A DNA stretch of 54,705 bases from Candidatus Micrarchaeia archaeon (GTDB lineage: Archaea > Micrarchaeota > Micrarchaeia > Micrarchaeales > Micrarchaeaceae). The translations under genes were made by a program, and so were the position numbers. Positions within the stretch are counted from its first letter, which is position 1. Each line of letters starts with the position of its first letter. This document shows positions 20,319-30,148 of this stretch, piece by piece. The notes under the pieces were generated by a model. It worked only from the letters and a program-made list of their open reading frames with translations. It was not told where the DNA came from and did not search any database. The stretch spans positions 1 through 54,705 of the forward strand of contig JBMFTN010000001.1 of assembly GCA_049966995.1 (NCBI GenBank). The letters are read 5' to 3'.

Positions 20319-21440
20319 TCATTGAAGAGTACTTTTAAGTGCCCTAAAGCTCAAAAATGTCATTAATACGAAAAAGGCAATCAATATACTGAAATCTATA
20401 ATTATAGCGTTAATAGGATAAAATCCATAAAGCATAACATCGCGTATACCGTTTGTTGCATATGTTAGTGGATCTATCTGACTGAGAGGATACAGCCATG
20501 ATGGTAATGAACTTGTTGGGAAAAACGCTCCGGAGATAAACCATAACGGGAGGATTACTGCATTTGTTAATATTGAGTATATTTCTATTTTTGGTATTCT
20601 TGTTGCAAGCATCATTGAAAGGCCTGAAAAACCCGCTGTAACCATGACTACTATAGCGTATATCCACAAAAGGCCAACGAAGTTTCCCGCAAATGTGGCC
20701 CCATCAAGTAAGCCCATCGCCAAAGCAATGTTTGCTGTTATAAATGATACTACAATAGTGTAAAACATTTTGCTCACAATTATAGTCCTCTTGTCTATCG
20801 GGGATATGAGGAATGCCTTAAGATTGCCAAGCTGCCTGTCAGTTATTATTGACATGCCACCCCCGAACATGGCCCCAAAAACCGAAACCATTATGATTAT
20901 GCCAGCAATAAGGAAGCTCTTATAGCTTATTCCTGTAGCAAGAGTTGGATCTGCAAAAACACTGCTAGATTGATGAACTGGAGCATTTTGAAGTAATGCC
21001 TCCTTTGTTATTGGCGCACTAAACTGGGATGCTATTGATGTTATTGTCTCTATTGAAGCACCCAGATTAACAAAATTGTTGTTATAGTATAAGTATACAC
21101 TTGGGTTACCTTTTGGAAATGAAGGCATTATCGTAACAACAACATATATTTTGTTGTCCTTAAGTAATTGGATTGCCGCTGCCTGATTTATGATACCTTC
21201 AATTATCAACGAATGCGTTGCTTGAAGAGCATCTATAAATTGCTGTGCAACAGGCGTTTCTGCATAATTAACTATTGCAATTGTGGTTGTTGTAGAAGAT
21301 GTACTTCCTAGATTCCCTAGGAATAAGATAAGGGTAAGAGGAAAGATTAGGGACCTTAGGATATTTGCCTTTATGTTGCTTCTGAATATGAGCATTTCCC
21401 TTTTGAATAAGGCAAAAGTATCATTCCAAAAATGTGCCAT
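20319..21440 (-). CDS. ABC-2 type transporter permease
   Basis: One N-terminal TM, a large extracytoplasmic loop and a C-terminal 5-TM bundle, typical of ABC-2/YadH permeases. ATG 21440 is preceded by GGGTGAT (Shine-Dalgarno-like). The track's TTG 21461 is the alternative start. Confidence 0.8.
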   Translation of the reverse strand: MAHFWNDTFALFKREMLIFRSNIKANILRSLIFPLTLILFLGNLGSTSSTTTTIAIVNYAETPVAQQFIDALQATHSLIIEGIINQAAAIQLLKDNKIYVVVTIMPSFPKGNPSVYLYYNNNFVNLGASIETITSIASQFSAPITKEALLQNAPVHQSSSVFADPTLATGISYKSFLIAGIIIMVSVFGAMFGGGMSIITDRQLGNLKAFLISPIDKRTIIVSKMFYTIVVSFITANIALAMGLLDGATFAGNFVGLLWIYAIVVMVTAGFSGLSMMLATRIPKIEIYSILTNAVILPLWFISGAFFPTSSLPSWLYPLSQIDPLTYATNGIRDVMLYGFYPINAIIIDFSILIAFFVLMTFLSFRALKSTLQ

Positions 21441-21450
21441 AAAATCACCC

Positions 21451-22446
21451 TTATCTGCCAAACCTTATGTTCCCCCTTGGATTTTTCATGCTGCCAACTT
21501 CATCCCTCATTGTATTCCCAGTAAGCTTTATAAACACGTCATCAAGGGTTGGCAAGTGCATGCTTATTGCGAGCACATTTATCTTTTCTTTCTCCAAGCG
21601 ATCTGCTATCTTCCTTATAGTAGCCAAAGGTTCTTTGCGTATATTTGCTGTGATCTTATCTACTTTTACTTCTGGATTGACACCACTAATCTCCTTTATT
21701 ATGTCAACCACCTTGTTTACTTGTTTTTCTTCTGCAATTACTTCCAAGATATTTTCTCCAACAATTCTCTTTATTTCTGAACTTGTGCCCATTGCAATTA
21801 TTTTGCCGTAGTCGATTATTGCGATTCTGTCACACAGGGCATCTGCCTCTTCCAAGTACTGGGTCGTTAATATTATGGTAATCCCCATTTTATGAAGATT
21901 CTTTATATGGTTCCACATTCCGGTCCTATTCTGTATGTCTAATCCTGTAGTTGGCTCATCCAGTATAAGCAACTTCGGTTCATGAATTAAGGTCTTTACT
22001 AATAGCAATCTCCTTTGCATTCCGCCTGAAAAGGTACCTGCTTTTTTGTCTGCAAATTCAGTCAACTGTGATTCTTTTAGCGCTTCTGAAACGCGTTTTT
22101 TTGTCTGCTCGCTGTTGAGATGATACAATTTTGCAAAAAGTTCAAGGTTCTGCCTTGCAGTTAAATCTGCCTCTACAACTGTCTCTTGCGTCATTAGGCC
22201 TATTTGCTGCTTTAATTCTTTCCCGTGCTTGGTTATATCCAAACCATTTATACTTATGCTTCCAGATGTAGGCTTTAAGAGCCCAAGCATCATGTTCAAA
22301 GTGGTGGTTTTACCTGCACCATTTGGCCCTAAGATCCCAAATATTTCGCCTTTTTTTACATTGAAACTTATGTTGTTAACAGCTGTAAAATTTCCAAACT
22401 TTTTTGAAACATTTTTTACTTCTACAAAATCCATAATATCACGCAT
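21451..22446 (-). CDS. ABC transporter ATP-binding protein (DrrA/CcmA-like)
   Basis: Walker A GPNGAGKTT, Q-loop, signature FSGGMQRR, Walker B LLILDEPTTGLD and the H-loop. Confidence 0.9.
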   Translation of the reverse strand: MRDIMDFVEVKNVSKKFGNFTAVNNISFNVKKGEIFGILGPNGAGKTTTLNMMLGLLKPTSGSISINGLDITKHGKELKQQIGLMTQETVVEADLTARQNLELFAKLYHLNSEQTKKRVSEALKESQLTEFADKKAGTFSGGMQRRLLLVKTLIHEPKLLILDEPTTGLDIQNRTGMWNHIKNLHKMGITIILTTQYLEEADALCDRIAIIDYGKIIAMGTSSEIKRIVGENILEVIAEEKQVNKVVDIIKEISGVNPEVKVDKITANIRKEPLATIRKIADRLEKEKINVLAISMHLPTLDDVFIKLTGNTMRDEVGSMKNPRGNIRFGR

Positions 22447-22834
22447 TTAAAATTTTTTTGATGTTTTTTACAGCTGAAGCGAATTCTTCATTTATCTCGT
22501 TTACGCTTTTACGGCCTTTTTGAGTAAGTGCGTAATACTTTCTTATCCGGCCATTTGAAATAGACTGTGTTTCTACTATGTAACCTTCATTGTTCAATGT
22601 TTTGAGTATATTGTATAAATCATTCTTAATTTTTTTTGTGTCCTTGAAAAAAAAGTTTATGTTTGGCATGCATTCCAATTCCTTTAATAGCGAATATGCA
22701 TAAACTTTCTTTTTACTAATTTTTTTCAACACTATGAGCTTCATCAGCATTCTTTTAAGATCTGCACTTATATTAATATCGTGATTTGCAACTAAACTAC
22801 TTTTTTGAAAACTTACCAATAGAAACACCATCAA
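22439..22834 (-). CDS. PadR-family winged-helix transcriptional regulator
   Basis: YAYSLLKEL...LYNILKTLNNEGYIVET....GRIRKYYALTQKGR matches the PadR wHTH pattern. It is the first gene of the ABC operon and overlaps the ATPase gene by 8 nt. Confidence 0.75.
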   Translation of the reverse strand: MMVFLLVSFQKSSLVANHDINISADLKRMLMKLIVLKKISKKKVYAYSLLKELECMPNINFFFKDTKKIKNDLYNILKTLNNEGYIVETQSISNGRIRKYYALTQKGRKSVNEINEEFASAVKNIKKILNA

Positions 22835-22856
22835 TTAGAGAATAGTTTAAAATTAA

Positions 22857-22878
22857 TATAGTTTAATTTAAAACTATA
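22857..22878. promoter_or_regulatory. inverted repeat TATAGTTT-N6-AAACTATA, candidate PadR operator within the padR promoter
   Basis: Perfect 8-bp arms 23-44 nt upstream of the padR start. A third half-site copy (ATAGTTTAA) lies at 22842-22850. PadR regulators bind palindromes overlapping their own promoters. Confidence 0.3.
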
Positions 22879-22905
22879 AATATTTAAAGTTTTTCAAAAA
22901 AAGTG

Positions 22906-24411
22906 TTACAATTTTTCCTGTTCTTTTGCGTAAATTAGTATGCCTTCAAAAGGCCTTGTTATCTGACCGGCACGTATTCCGTAAATGGCTTTTATCCCTT
23001 TCTTGTTAGCTAGCTCAAGCAGCCTCTGAGTGATTATACCATCAAAAACTATAATCTTTGCGCTTGTGGAATCCTGGATTGACTGTATTAATTCGCGTAT
23101 TGGCACTTCTTCTATAAGGTTTTCGTTCTCATCATATAAGCGACCCCTTAATGTATTATGAAGTTCATCAAGTGCTGCAATATATTTCTGTTGTATTTCT
23201 GGGCCTTTACTTATAGAAGGTATAGATTCGAGGCTTTCTAACGCTGCTGGTTTTTCATTCTCTTCATCTATAGATTTTATGCCAAAATTCTGCTGAGCAC
23301 TTCTTACTGGCTGCTCTTTTGCTCTTGACTCTTCAACTGCTTGGTTTTTATTGTTCTGGATATAAAGCTTTTTTGCTATTGCTCCTGGGCTTAATACACC
23401 AGAGCTTTCATTATGCTGCATTTGCCTTGCTTCATTCTGGTTGTATTGATTATTTTGATTGTACTGGTTTGCTTCATGGGGTTTATCCTGCCTTATTTGT
23501 CTATTGTCAGGTTTATTGTCAGGCCGATTATAAGCTTCATTCCTGTATGCTTCATTGCCCTCCTTTGCTTCTTTTGACAGATACTGTTCTATTGGCATTT
23601 TTGACCTAAGGGCTTTTATTATATCCTTTCTTGTAAGTTCTTCTACCTCTTTGCCGCTAGGTGCTTTTGCCACATAGTCAATATCGCAAACGCTGAGTAT
23701 GCCACGGATTATCATGTCTCCGCCGCGGTCACCATCCACAAACAATGTGGATTCCTTTGATTTCGTCAGGTCTATGATGGTCTTTGGTATACTGCCTGTT
23801 GCACCACCAATGGCAATGCAATTTGTGATATCGTTTTTCAGCAGATTTATGACATCTGCCCTTCCTTCAACCAGGATAAGCTCATCGTTTGTTGCAATAT
23901 CCGGGCCAGCAGGCAGGTTCTCTGGGCCATATGTGCTTATTATGCTAGCCTTCACATCCACTTCAACAAGCTCGCTAAGCTCTTTGCTATCTGGTATCTC
24001 CGTATTTATAAGTGTTTTTAAAAGCTCTTTTGCCCGGTTTATGACCTTTTTTCGCTTTTCGTTTCTGGTATCCTCTATCTTTTCAACTTTTAGTGTTGTA
24101 TCAAAAGGCCCTACACGATCTACAGATTCTATTGCCGCCGCGAGTATGCATGTCTCTACCCTACCAAGCGAAGAGGGTAAGAACAGCTTTCCATACGTTT
24201 TGTTTGAGGTTGTGGCTGCTTCTATTTCTATCCTGCCTATCTTGCCACTTTTCTGCAGCTCCCTTAAGTCAAGTTCGCCTCCAAGCAATCCTTCAGTCTG
24301 ACCGAAAACCGCGCCTATAACATCTGGTTTCTCTACTAGACCCCCAACTTCAAATCTACATGTTACCATATACTTTACAATGTCAATGTAAGTTTTTGCC
24401 ATTTTAACCAC
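22906..24411 (-). CDS. dnaG: archaeal DnaG primase/exosome-associated Toprim protein, with Q/N-rich insertion
   Basis: The conserved archaeal DnaG N-terminus (YMVTCRFEVGGLVEKPDVIGAVFGQTEGLLG) and Toprim motifs (ILVEGRADV...LFVDGDRGGD). A low-complexity insert of about 120 aa precedes the C-terminal domain. Confidence 0.85.
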   Translation of the reverse strand: MVKMAKTYIDIVKYMVTCRFEVGGLVEKPDVIGAVFGQTEGLLGGELDLRELQKSGKIGRIEIEAATTSNKTYGKLFLPSSLGRVETCILAAAIESVDRVGPFDTTLKVEKIEDTRNEKRKKVINRAKELLKTLINTEIPDSKELSELVEVDVKASIISTYGPENLPAGPDIATNDELILVEGRADVINLLKNDITNCIAIGGATGSIPKTIIDLTKSKESTLFVDGDRGGDMIIRGILSVCDIDYVAKAPSGKEVEELTRKDIIKALRSKMPIEQYLSKEAKEGNEAYRNEAYNRPDNKPDNRQIRQDKPHEANQYNQNNQYNQNEARQMQHNESSGVLSPGAIAKKLYIQNNKNQAVEESRAKEQPVRSAQQNFGIKSIDEENEKPAALESLESIPSISKGPEIQQKYIAALDELHNTLRGRLYDENENLIEEVPIRELIQSIQDSTSAKIIVFDGIITQRLLELANKKGIKAIYGIRAGQITRPFEGILIYAKEQEKL

Positions 24412-24720
24412 TTGATTGTAATGGTTTAAGAAATAGATTATACCCTAGGCTTATGAAAACTTACAGACGCCTGTAGTATAAATGCAGGCTTAAATATACT
24501 ATAAGTATAAATTGAAGTCATTAAGTATAACCTTTCTTTACCATTGCTTTAATTATATTAAAATATATAAAAATAAAAAGGTATCGTTACTGCTTGGTGT
24601 TTGAATAAGAAGGCGCTTCAATTCGGCAACAAATACTTGGCGCACTTCTCACAGAATGCCTTGGTGATGCTTTTGCGATACATATTAAATTCTTTTATTA
24701 TAAACATAAATAGGGAGAAT

Positions 24721-27366
24721 ATGAAACCAGAAAGCAATAGGGCACAGATTGCGCTTGAATTTCTTATAGTCTATTCCTTTGTATTGGTTGTATTTATAAT
24801 ATTGTTTGTTTTAATAGCCTCGCAAAGAGCAGTAACGCTTACACAGCAAGAATACGAGCAACTTCAGCTGCAAGTACAGAATATAGCAATGTATATAGAT
24901 AACGCATATGCGGCAGGCAATGGCTACTCTGCGACGATTCCTATTGTAGGTTCCATAGGATCATTGCCTTATAATATATCTATATCAAGCGCAGGCGTTG
25001 TGAAAGGTAGCATAACTATAGGCAAGCAGGTCATAAATGCTTATGGCTTTAGCAATGTGAGGAATATTATTGTTAATGGAACTGCAATCGCATATGATAA
25101 CAATATTGGCTTGTATCAAATACCGATATACAAGGGCTTTATTACGCTATCAAACTCAAAAGGCCAGGTGTTTATAGATAAAAAACCACCAGATATGCTA
25201 TCGCTTTTAAGAACGATCAATATTCAAGTGCCATCTGATGTCAATGTTGCTGAATTTAATGGAGTTAACAGCACGATCATTGGAAATTTAAGCAATTACT
25301 TTTGGGGTAATAATTCATTTACCATTTCTGCTTGGGTGTATATAACCCCAAAAACAAACGGCCCGCTGATTGGAATCGCAAACACCACAAGTGAAAACGG
25401 TTTAAATGCCACTCTTATAAGTGCCAACGGACTAATTGTATATGGCTTCTTGCCAGGGTTTGATACACTTTTACCATATAAGCTGCACACTTCTGGTTGG
25501 GATATGCTAACACTTACATACAATGCATTAAGCTATGGCAATGTGACTTTCTTTGTGAATGGCCAAGAAGCAGGATCTATGATTGGAAAGTACAATACTG
25601 TAGGAAGAACTGATTACTGGATAACGAATGCCACGGCGAAAAGACCTGCAGGAGTTAACCACTACTTTACTGGAATGCTAGCGAATGTGCAGGCATATTA
25701 TGAAAGTTTAGACCCTGAGCAGGTTATGCAGCTTTACGAAGAAGGGATTAATGGCGCACCGATATCAGATAAAATAGTATCGTGGTGGCCACTGAATGGA
25801 AATACTAGAGATTATAGCCCTAATAATCACAATGCAAAAAGCCTTAATTTAACCTATGGAGATGTTGAAGGCATTCAATTGCATGCTTTAAGCCAAGGGG
25901 GTGCAGCTTCTGCAGGTTTACCTGTTGGAATCGTATCCAGCATTGGCTCTGTAAACGGGAATAGCAGCTTTGAAGCGGAGAGGACAAATAAAACTGGATT
26001 TGCAATGCTGTTTATTACTGCAAACTCTTTGAATTTTGGAAAAGGCATCATGAATATAACCATGTATAACGGCAATTCCACCATGGCAGAAAATCTAACA
26101 GGATGGTGGCCACTGAATGGCAATGCTTATGACTACAGTGGCTACGGCAATAATGGCACTGCTTATGGCATAGATTGGGTCAGCCCGCCAGCAAATCAGT
26201 CAAACTTTGAATCTGCACTATTCGGCCAAAAAAACAGCGTTTTGGGGCGTTTAAATATCACATCTTCGGGCTTTACAATATCCGCATGGATTGATGGTAA
26301 TACTTTAAGCCTTAATAGGAATATTTTTGAACTTTTTGACAACAAAACGAAGAATCACAATTTGCTTGCAATAGGCATCAATGCGTCAGGATACGCATAC
26401 ATAAGGTGGAGCAATATATTTAACACTACGCAGTTCGAGTATTCTGGTGGCAGCATAAAACCAGGGGAATGGTACTTAATAACGGGAGTTTGGAATGGAA
26501 ACAACAACACACTTGAACTTTATCTAGATGGCGCTTTGGTAGCAAAAGGACCTGGCAATGGCACCACACAAGCGTATATGAACTTATATAATATTGGAGG
26601 GCCTTACTCCACAATAAACAGCTTTGACGGCTTGATTAGCAATGTACAGTTATATAATAGAGCATTGTCGCAGAATCAAGTTTATGGTTTGTATAATGCA
26701 GGAATCGAATCTTTGCCTATTATGAATGAATTAATAGGATGGTGGCCTTTGCTTGGTACGCCAAATGACGCCATAGCTAACAGCACTATTATATTTGCTA
26801 ATTTAACATACCAAAACGTGGCACTAATACAAAGTGGCATTTCAAGAAGCAGAATTGCATACTTTAATGGCAGCGCTTATGTTAATATATCAAGTTCAAG
26901 CAGCATAACACCTACAAATACTATAAGTATGATGGGCTGGATTTACTTAACCAAACCAGTATCAGCTATAGCACAAAAGGAGGGAGCATATGGCATGGAT
27001 GTTGGCAATGATGGCATATCTCCAGGCACATTCAACGCTTATATCGGGGATAGCAAGGCAACATGCCAAAATTATCCATATAACCTATCAATAGACAAAT
27101 GGTATTTTGTTGGCTTCACGTATAATGGCACAAACATAGACACATATGTAAATGGGCAGCCTTACTGTTCTGAATATACGAGCTACAGCATTCCTTCTGG
27201 GAAAACACCACTTGCATTCGGGGGCCCTGGTGACACCGATGGCTATGTCAATGGCTACCTTTCTGATATGCAAATTTACAACACAGCACTTTCAGCTGAA
27301 GAGGTGCAAGCATTGTATGAGAATGGCCTGCCACCTATCAAGAGCATAAATATTACAATGGGGTAA
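24721..27366 (+). CDS. pilin-like protein (class III signal peptide) fused to three LamG/ConA-like lectin modules
   Basis: True start MKPESNRA|QIALEFLIVYSFVLVVFIILFVLIA is an archaeal prepilin motif, preceded by GGGAG. Three LamG C-terminal signatures are present: LANVQAYYESLDPEQVMQLYEEGI, ISNVQLYNRALSQNQVYGLYNAGI and LSDMQIYNTALSAEEVQALYENGL. Two of the three modules open with WWPL(N/L)G (WWPLNGNAYDYSGYGNNGT, WWPLLGTPND); the first module does not, and a further WWPLNGNTRD opening after it is not followed by a recognisable module. I counted at least about 30 N-x-S/T sequons by eye. Confidence 0.75.
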   Translation: MKPESNRAQIALEFLIVYSFVLVVFIILFVLIASQRAVTLTQQEYEQLQLQVQNIAMYIDNAYAAGNGYSATIPIVGSIGSLPYNISISSAGVVKGSITIGKQVINAYGFSNVRNIIVNGTAIAYDNNIGLYQIPIYKGFITLSNSKGQVFIDKKPPDMLSLLRTINIQVPSDVNVAEFNGVNSTIIGNLSNYFWGNNSFTISAWVYITPKTNGPLIGIANTTSENGLNATLISANGLIVYGFLPGFDTLLPYKLHTSGWDMLTLTYNALSYGNVTFFVNGQEAGSMIGKYNTVGRTDYWITNATAKRPAGVNHYFTGMLANVQAYYESLDPEQVMQLYEEGINGAPISDKIVSWWPLNGNTRDYSPNNHNAKSLNLTYGDVEGIQLHALSQGGAASAGLPVGIVSSIGSVNGNSSFEAERTNKTGFAMLFITANSLNFGKGIMNITMYNGNSTMAENLTGWWPLNGNAYDYSGYGNNGTAYGIDWVSPPANQSNFESALFGQKNSVLGRLNITSSGFTISAWIDGNTLSLNRNIFELFDNKTKNHNLLAIGINASGYAYIRWSNIFNTTQFEYSGGSIKPGEWYLITGVWNGNNNTLELYLDGALVAKGPGNGTTQAYMNLYNIGGPYSTINSFDGLISNVQLYNRALSQNQVYGLYNAGIESLPIMNELIGWWPLLGTPNDAIANSTIIFANLTYQNVALIQSGISRSRIAYFNGSAYVNISSSSSITPTNTISMMGWIYLTKPVSAIAQKEGAYGMDVGNDGISPGTFNAYIGDSKATCQNYPYNLSIDKWYFVGFTYNGTNIDTYVNGQPYCSEYTSYSIPSGKTPLAFGGPGDTDGYVNGYLSDMQIYNTALSAEEVQALYENGLPPIKSINITMG
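26104..26166 (+). repeat. 63-nt near-identical segment shared with 31939-32001 (LamG module start)
   Basis: TGGTGGCCACTGAATGG(C/T)AA(T/C)GCTTATGACTACAG(T/C)GGCTACGGCAATAATGGCACTGCTTAT has only three differences, all synonymous. The flanks diverge. Confidence 0.9.
26737..26768 (+). repeat. 32-nt perfect repeat shared with 29942-29973 (LamG module junction)
   Basis: GGATGGTGGCCTTTGCTTGGTACGCCAAATGA is identical in both genes and encodes GWWPLLGTPND. Confidence 0.9.
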
Positions 27367-27371
27367 CATAA

Positions 27372-27908
27372 ATGAAAGCACAATTTTGGAGTTTTGACGT
27401 GATTTTCGCTATTGTAATATTTGGTGTAGCAATAACAATAATTGCATTTACCTGGTACCAAATTAGCACTCAGCTTTCCCTATCTTATGGCAATGGCGCC
27501 GCCATAATGGAGCTGCAGGCTGATACACTAGCAAAAAGCCTGCTTTCTGAAGGTTATCCTTCAGACTGGGAAAGCCTGATTAATACCACCAACAGCAGCA
27601 CTTGGAAATATGTCAGCATTGGCATATTAAATAGAACGGGCATATCAATCAAGAAGCTTTATGCATTCATGTCTATGTCAAATTCAAACTATCAGGCAAC
27701 GAAGCAGGCTTTGGGAATAGGTTTTGACTATTTTATAGTAATAGAAAGCAAGCTTTACAATAACGGCATTAATATTACAATAGGCAGAAACCCTGCCAAG
27801 AATAATGCCCTTACTATATATGTTGAAAAACGCAGTAGCTTTATCAATGGGGTACCCGTAGAAATTAATATTTACCTTTGGACCCAAACACCTTTTGGTG
27901 TTGAATAG
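27372..27908 (+). CDS. small pilin-like protein (class III signal peptide)
   Basis: MKA|QFWSFDVIFAIVIFGVAITIIAF N-terminus followed by a globular domain of about 150 aa. It starts 5 nt after the preceding gene. Confidence 0.6.
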   Translation: MKAQFWSFDVIFAIVIFGVAITIIAFTWYQISTQLSLSYGNGAAIMELQADTLAKSLLSEGYPSDWESLINTTNSSTWKYVSIGILNRTGISIKKLYAFMSMSNSNYQATKQALGIGFDYFIVIESKLYNNGINITIGRNPAKNNALTIYVEKRSSFINGVPVEINIYLWTQTPFGVE

Positions 27909-27919
27909 AGTATGATGCA

Positions 27920-30148
27920 ATGAATAATCTAAAAGGCTTTATATTCACATTGGATGCTTTGTTTGCACTGATAATCGCAGCTGCTGGAATATCCATACTC
28001 CTTTATATACATCCCCTCACAAACGGAGGGTATTCTATACCTGTATCCGAGGCTTCAAGCATGCTTAACGGCTTACTCAACACAAATTTGCAATCTGTAT
28101 CATTACCGGGCTTATCAAATAATATTACATCGAACAACGCTTCTTTATTTGGATGGCCGCAATTTGGCAATTACGAAAATGAAACCGCATCAACAGCTTA
28201 TGGTCCAGAGACAACTTCAACACTTTTTTCCTTTAACACAGGCCGTTATCCCATATCTGATGTGCTTGCAGATAAAGGATTGGTAATAGTTACATATGGC
28301 GACAGCATTGTGGCGCTAAATGCAACAGATGGCAGAAAAATTTACAGTATAAATACTGGTTCTAACATAACTGGAATGCCCGCAACTTACATGAATGAAA
28401 TAATCTATGCGAATAGCACAGGTTTCTTGTGTGGCGCAAACATTAAAAATGGAACTATTGTATGGACAAGCAAGATTAGCGTACCGGTAGATACGCCAAT
28501 ACTCGTAGAAAATGGTTATGCCACTTTTGGCAGCTCTTATTTATTTTATCTTGTAAATCCTTTAAATGGTAGTGTAGTTTCCACAAACACGGTGAACCAG
28601 AAATTGACTGCAATGCCTCCAGTGTATGACAATGGAGAGTATATTGTTTCTGCTAGCGGCCCGCTGCCAACAACAAATTTTGTTTACGGGTTTGCACTTG
28701 AAGGCACGACACTGGTAAAGTTATGGAGCACTGAGTTGTCCACTCCGCATACAACTATTCCAATCATTGCAAATGGCAGGATTATTCTTGGCAGTGGCAG
28801 CAACCTGTATGACATAACAACTTCTGGCATCAAGAACTCTTCTGCTTCTTTAGACCTTCAGGTAAGCGGAATAGCATATAGCAATGGCTTTATATATGCT
28901 GAGACTAAGGATGAGATTTACTCTGTGCCATTAAATGCTTCTGGAGAACTCGGAATGCCTTTGCCAATACGCAACACACCGATCCAATCCATAAATGAAA
29001 CTCCAACGTTTGCTGATGGCAATATATATGTACTGATAAACGGTAGCATATTCCAATCATACAATATATCAAATAGGAACTTAATATTTAGCGTGAAGTT
29101 GCCTAGCGAATATGGATTGAATTCCCAAATATATAATATGGGTGATATTGTCATTGCATATGGCAATGCATACGTTTCAAGCGGGGATATGCTTTATGCT
29201 TTTGGCGGTTACATCACAGACCGTACAGCGCCGATACTTTATGCAATAGCAGAAATGTATCTTAACAAGCAAGGCGCTGAGGCAGACATTATATTGAATA
29301 GCACTGCTATTTCTCAAGATAGCGCTATGTTTATAAATGGTACATATGCGCCTTCTATTTCAATGGCATATTTTGATGGCAATTCAGCGATATATGAACT
29401 TGGTATACCGATAATAGCATATAATTATACAATAAGTGCGTGGTTCAAGCTGAATAATTCAACTTCTTCATCAGGGCCAAATGGAGGCGAATATCCCATA
29501 TTAACATTATACAATGCTACAAATAACGGCGGAATTGGAGGGGGCCAAACGATCAGCCTTGGTAATGTGTGGGCAGGCGGCAAATATGGAGAATTAAGCT
29601 TTAATGAAACAAACTCTAAATTCTGCAGCACAGGCTCAGGAACTGTAATACCTAACAAATGGTACAATGCAATTTTGTCTGTTTATGGGTATAAGAATTA
29701 TATTAATGTTATAATTTATCTAAATGGCAAGGAGGCGGTTTCATGCCATCTTACTTTAAGCCCTGCAAGCATTGAATATCCTGCATTGGCAATTGGAAGC
29801 AATCCTATTGGCAGGGAAACATTTGGACAAGGCTTTATATCGAATATACAACTTTACAATTCAACACTGCAGCCAAATCAAGCGAGCGCCCTTTATGCTT
29901 TAGGAATATTTTCCATACCGCCAGGCACTAACAAGCTGGTCGGATGGTGGCCTTTGCTTGGTACGCCAAATGATTATAGCCACCATGGCATTGTGGCAAT
30001 ACAAGATAATGTAAGCTATGAAGAAGGCAATGTTACGCCTGAAACGCTTTTGAATGCTTACGAAGTAAGCAAGGAAAGTGTGCCTCTAAGTATAGAGGTG
30101 AATGGTACTTATCATATATACAATGTAAGTGTTGTCATATGGCATTGA
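27920..30148 (+). CDS. pilin-like protein fused to PQQ-like beta-propeller and LamG module
   Basis: MNNLKG|FIFTLDALFALIIAAAGISILLY N-terminus. Repeated strand motifs such as GDSIVALNATDGRKIYS, GANIKNGTIVWTS, YLVNPLNGSVVST and GDMLYAFGG are typical of PQQ/BamB-like propellers. A C-terminal LamG signature (ISNIQLYNSTLQPNQASALYALGI) is followed by WWPLLGTPND. Confidence 0.7.
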   Translation: MNNLKGFIFTLDALFALIIAAAGISILLYIHPLTNGGYSIPVSEASSMLNGLLNTNLQSVSLPGLSNNITSNNASLFGWPQFGNYENETASTAYGPETTSTLFSFNTGRYPISDVLADKGLVIVTYGDSIVALNATDGRKIYSINTGSNITGMPATYMNEIIYANSTGFLCGANIKNGTIVWTSKISVPVDTPILVENGYATFGSSYLFYLVNPLNGSVVSTNTVNQKLTAMPPVYDNGEYIVSASGPLPTTNFVYGFALEGTTLVKLWSTELSTPHTTIPIIANGRIILGSGSNLYDITTSGIKNSSASLDLQVSGIAYSNGFIYAETKDEIYSVPLNASGELGMPLPIRNTPIQSINETPTFADGNIYVLINGSIFQSYNISNRNLIFSVKLPSEYGLNSQIYNMGDIVIAYGNAYVSSGDMLYAFGGYITDRTAPILYAIAEMYLNKQGAEADIILNSTAISQDSAMFINGTYAPSISMAYFDGNSAIYELGIPIIAYNYTISAWFKLNNSTSSSGPNGGEYPILTLYNATNNGGIGGGQTISLGNVWAGGKYGELSFNETNSKFCSTGSGTVIPNKWYNAILSVYGYKNYINVIIYLNGKEAVSCHLTLSPASIEYPALAIGSNPIGRETFGQGFISNIQLYNSTLQPNQASALYALGIFSIPPGTNKLVGWWPLLGTPNDYSHHGIVAIQDNVSYEEGNVTPETLLNAYEVSKESVPLSIEVNGTYHIYNVSVVIWH
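29942..29973 (+). repeat. partner copy of the 32-nt repeat at 26737-26768
   Basis: Direct comparison in the sequence. Confidence 0.9.

Noticed and set aside
23699-24301. 200-aa ORF antisense to dnaG
   Set aside because: It is embedded in the conserved DnaG Toprim region, and its translation is Ser/Phe-rich low-complexity sequence.
24601-24720. 40-codon N-terminal extension (TTG start) of the first pilin-like gene in the ORF track
   Set aside because: The extension would bury the class III signal peptide. ATG 24721 is preceded by GGGAG and an AT-rich TATA-like stretch, and it gives a canonical short basic leader.
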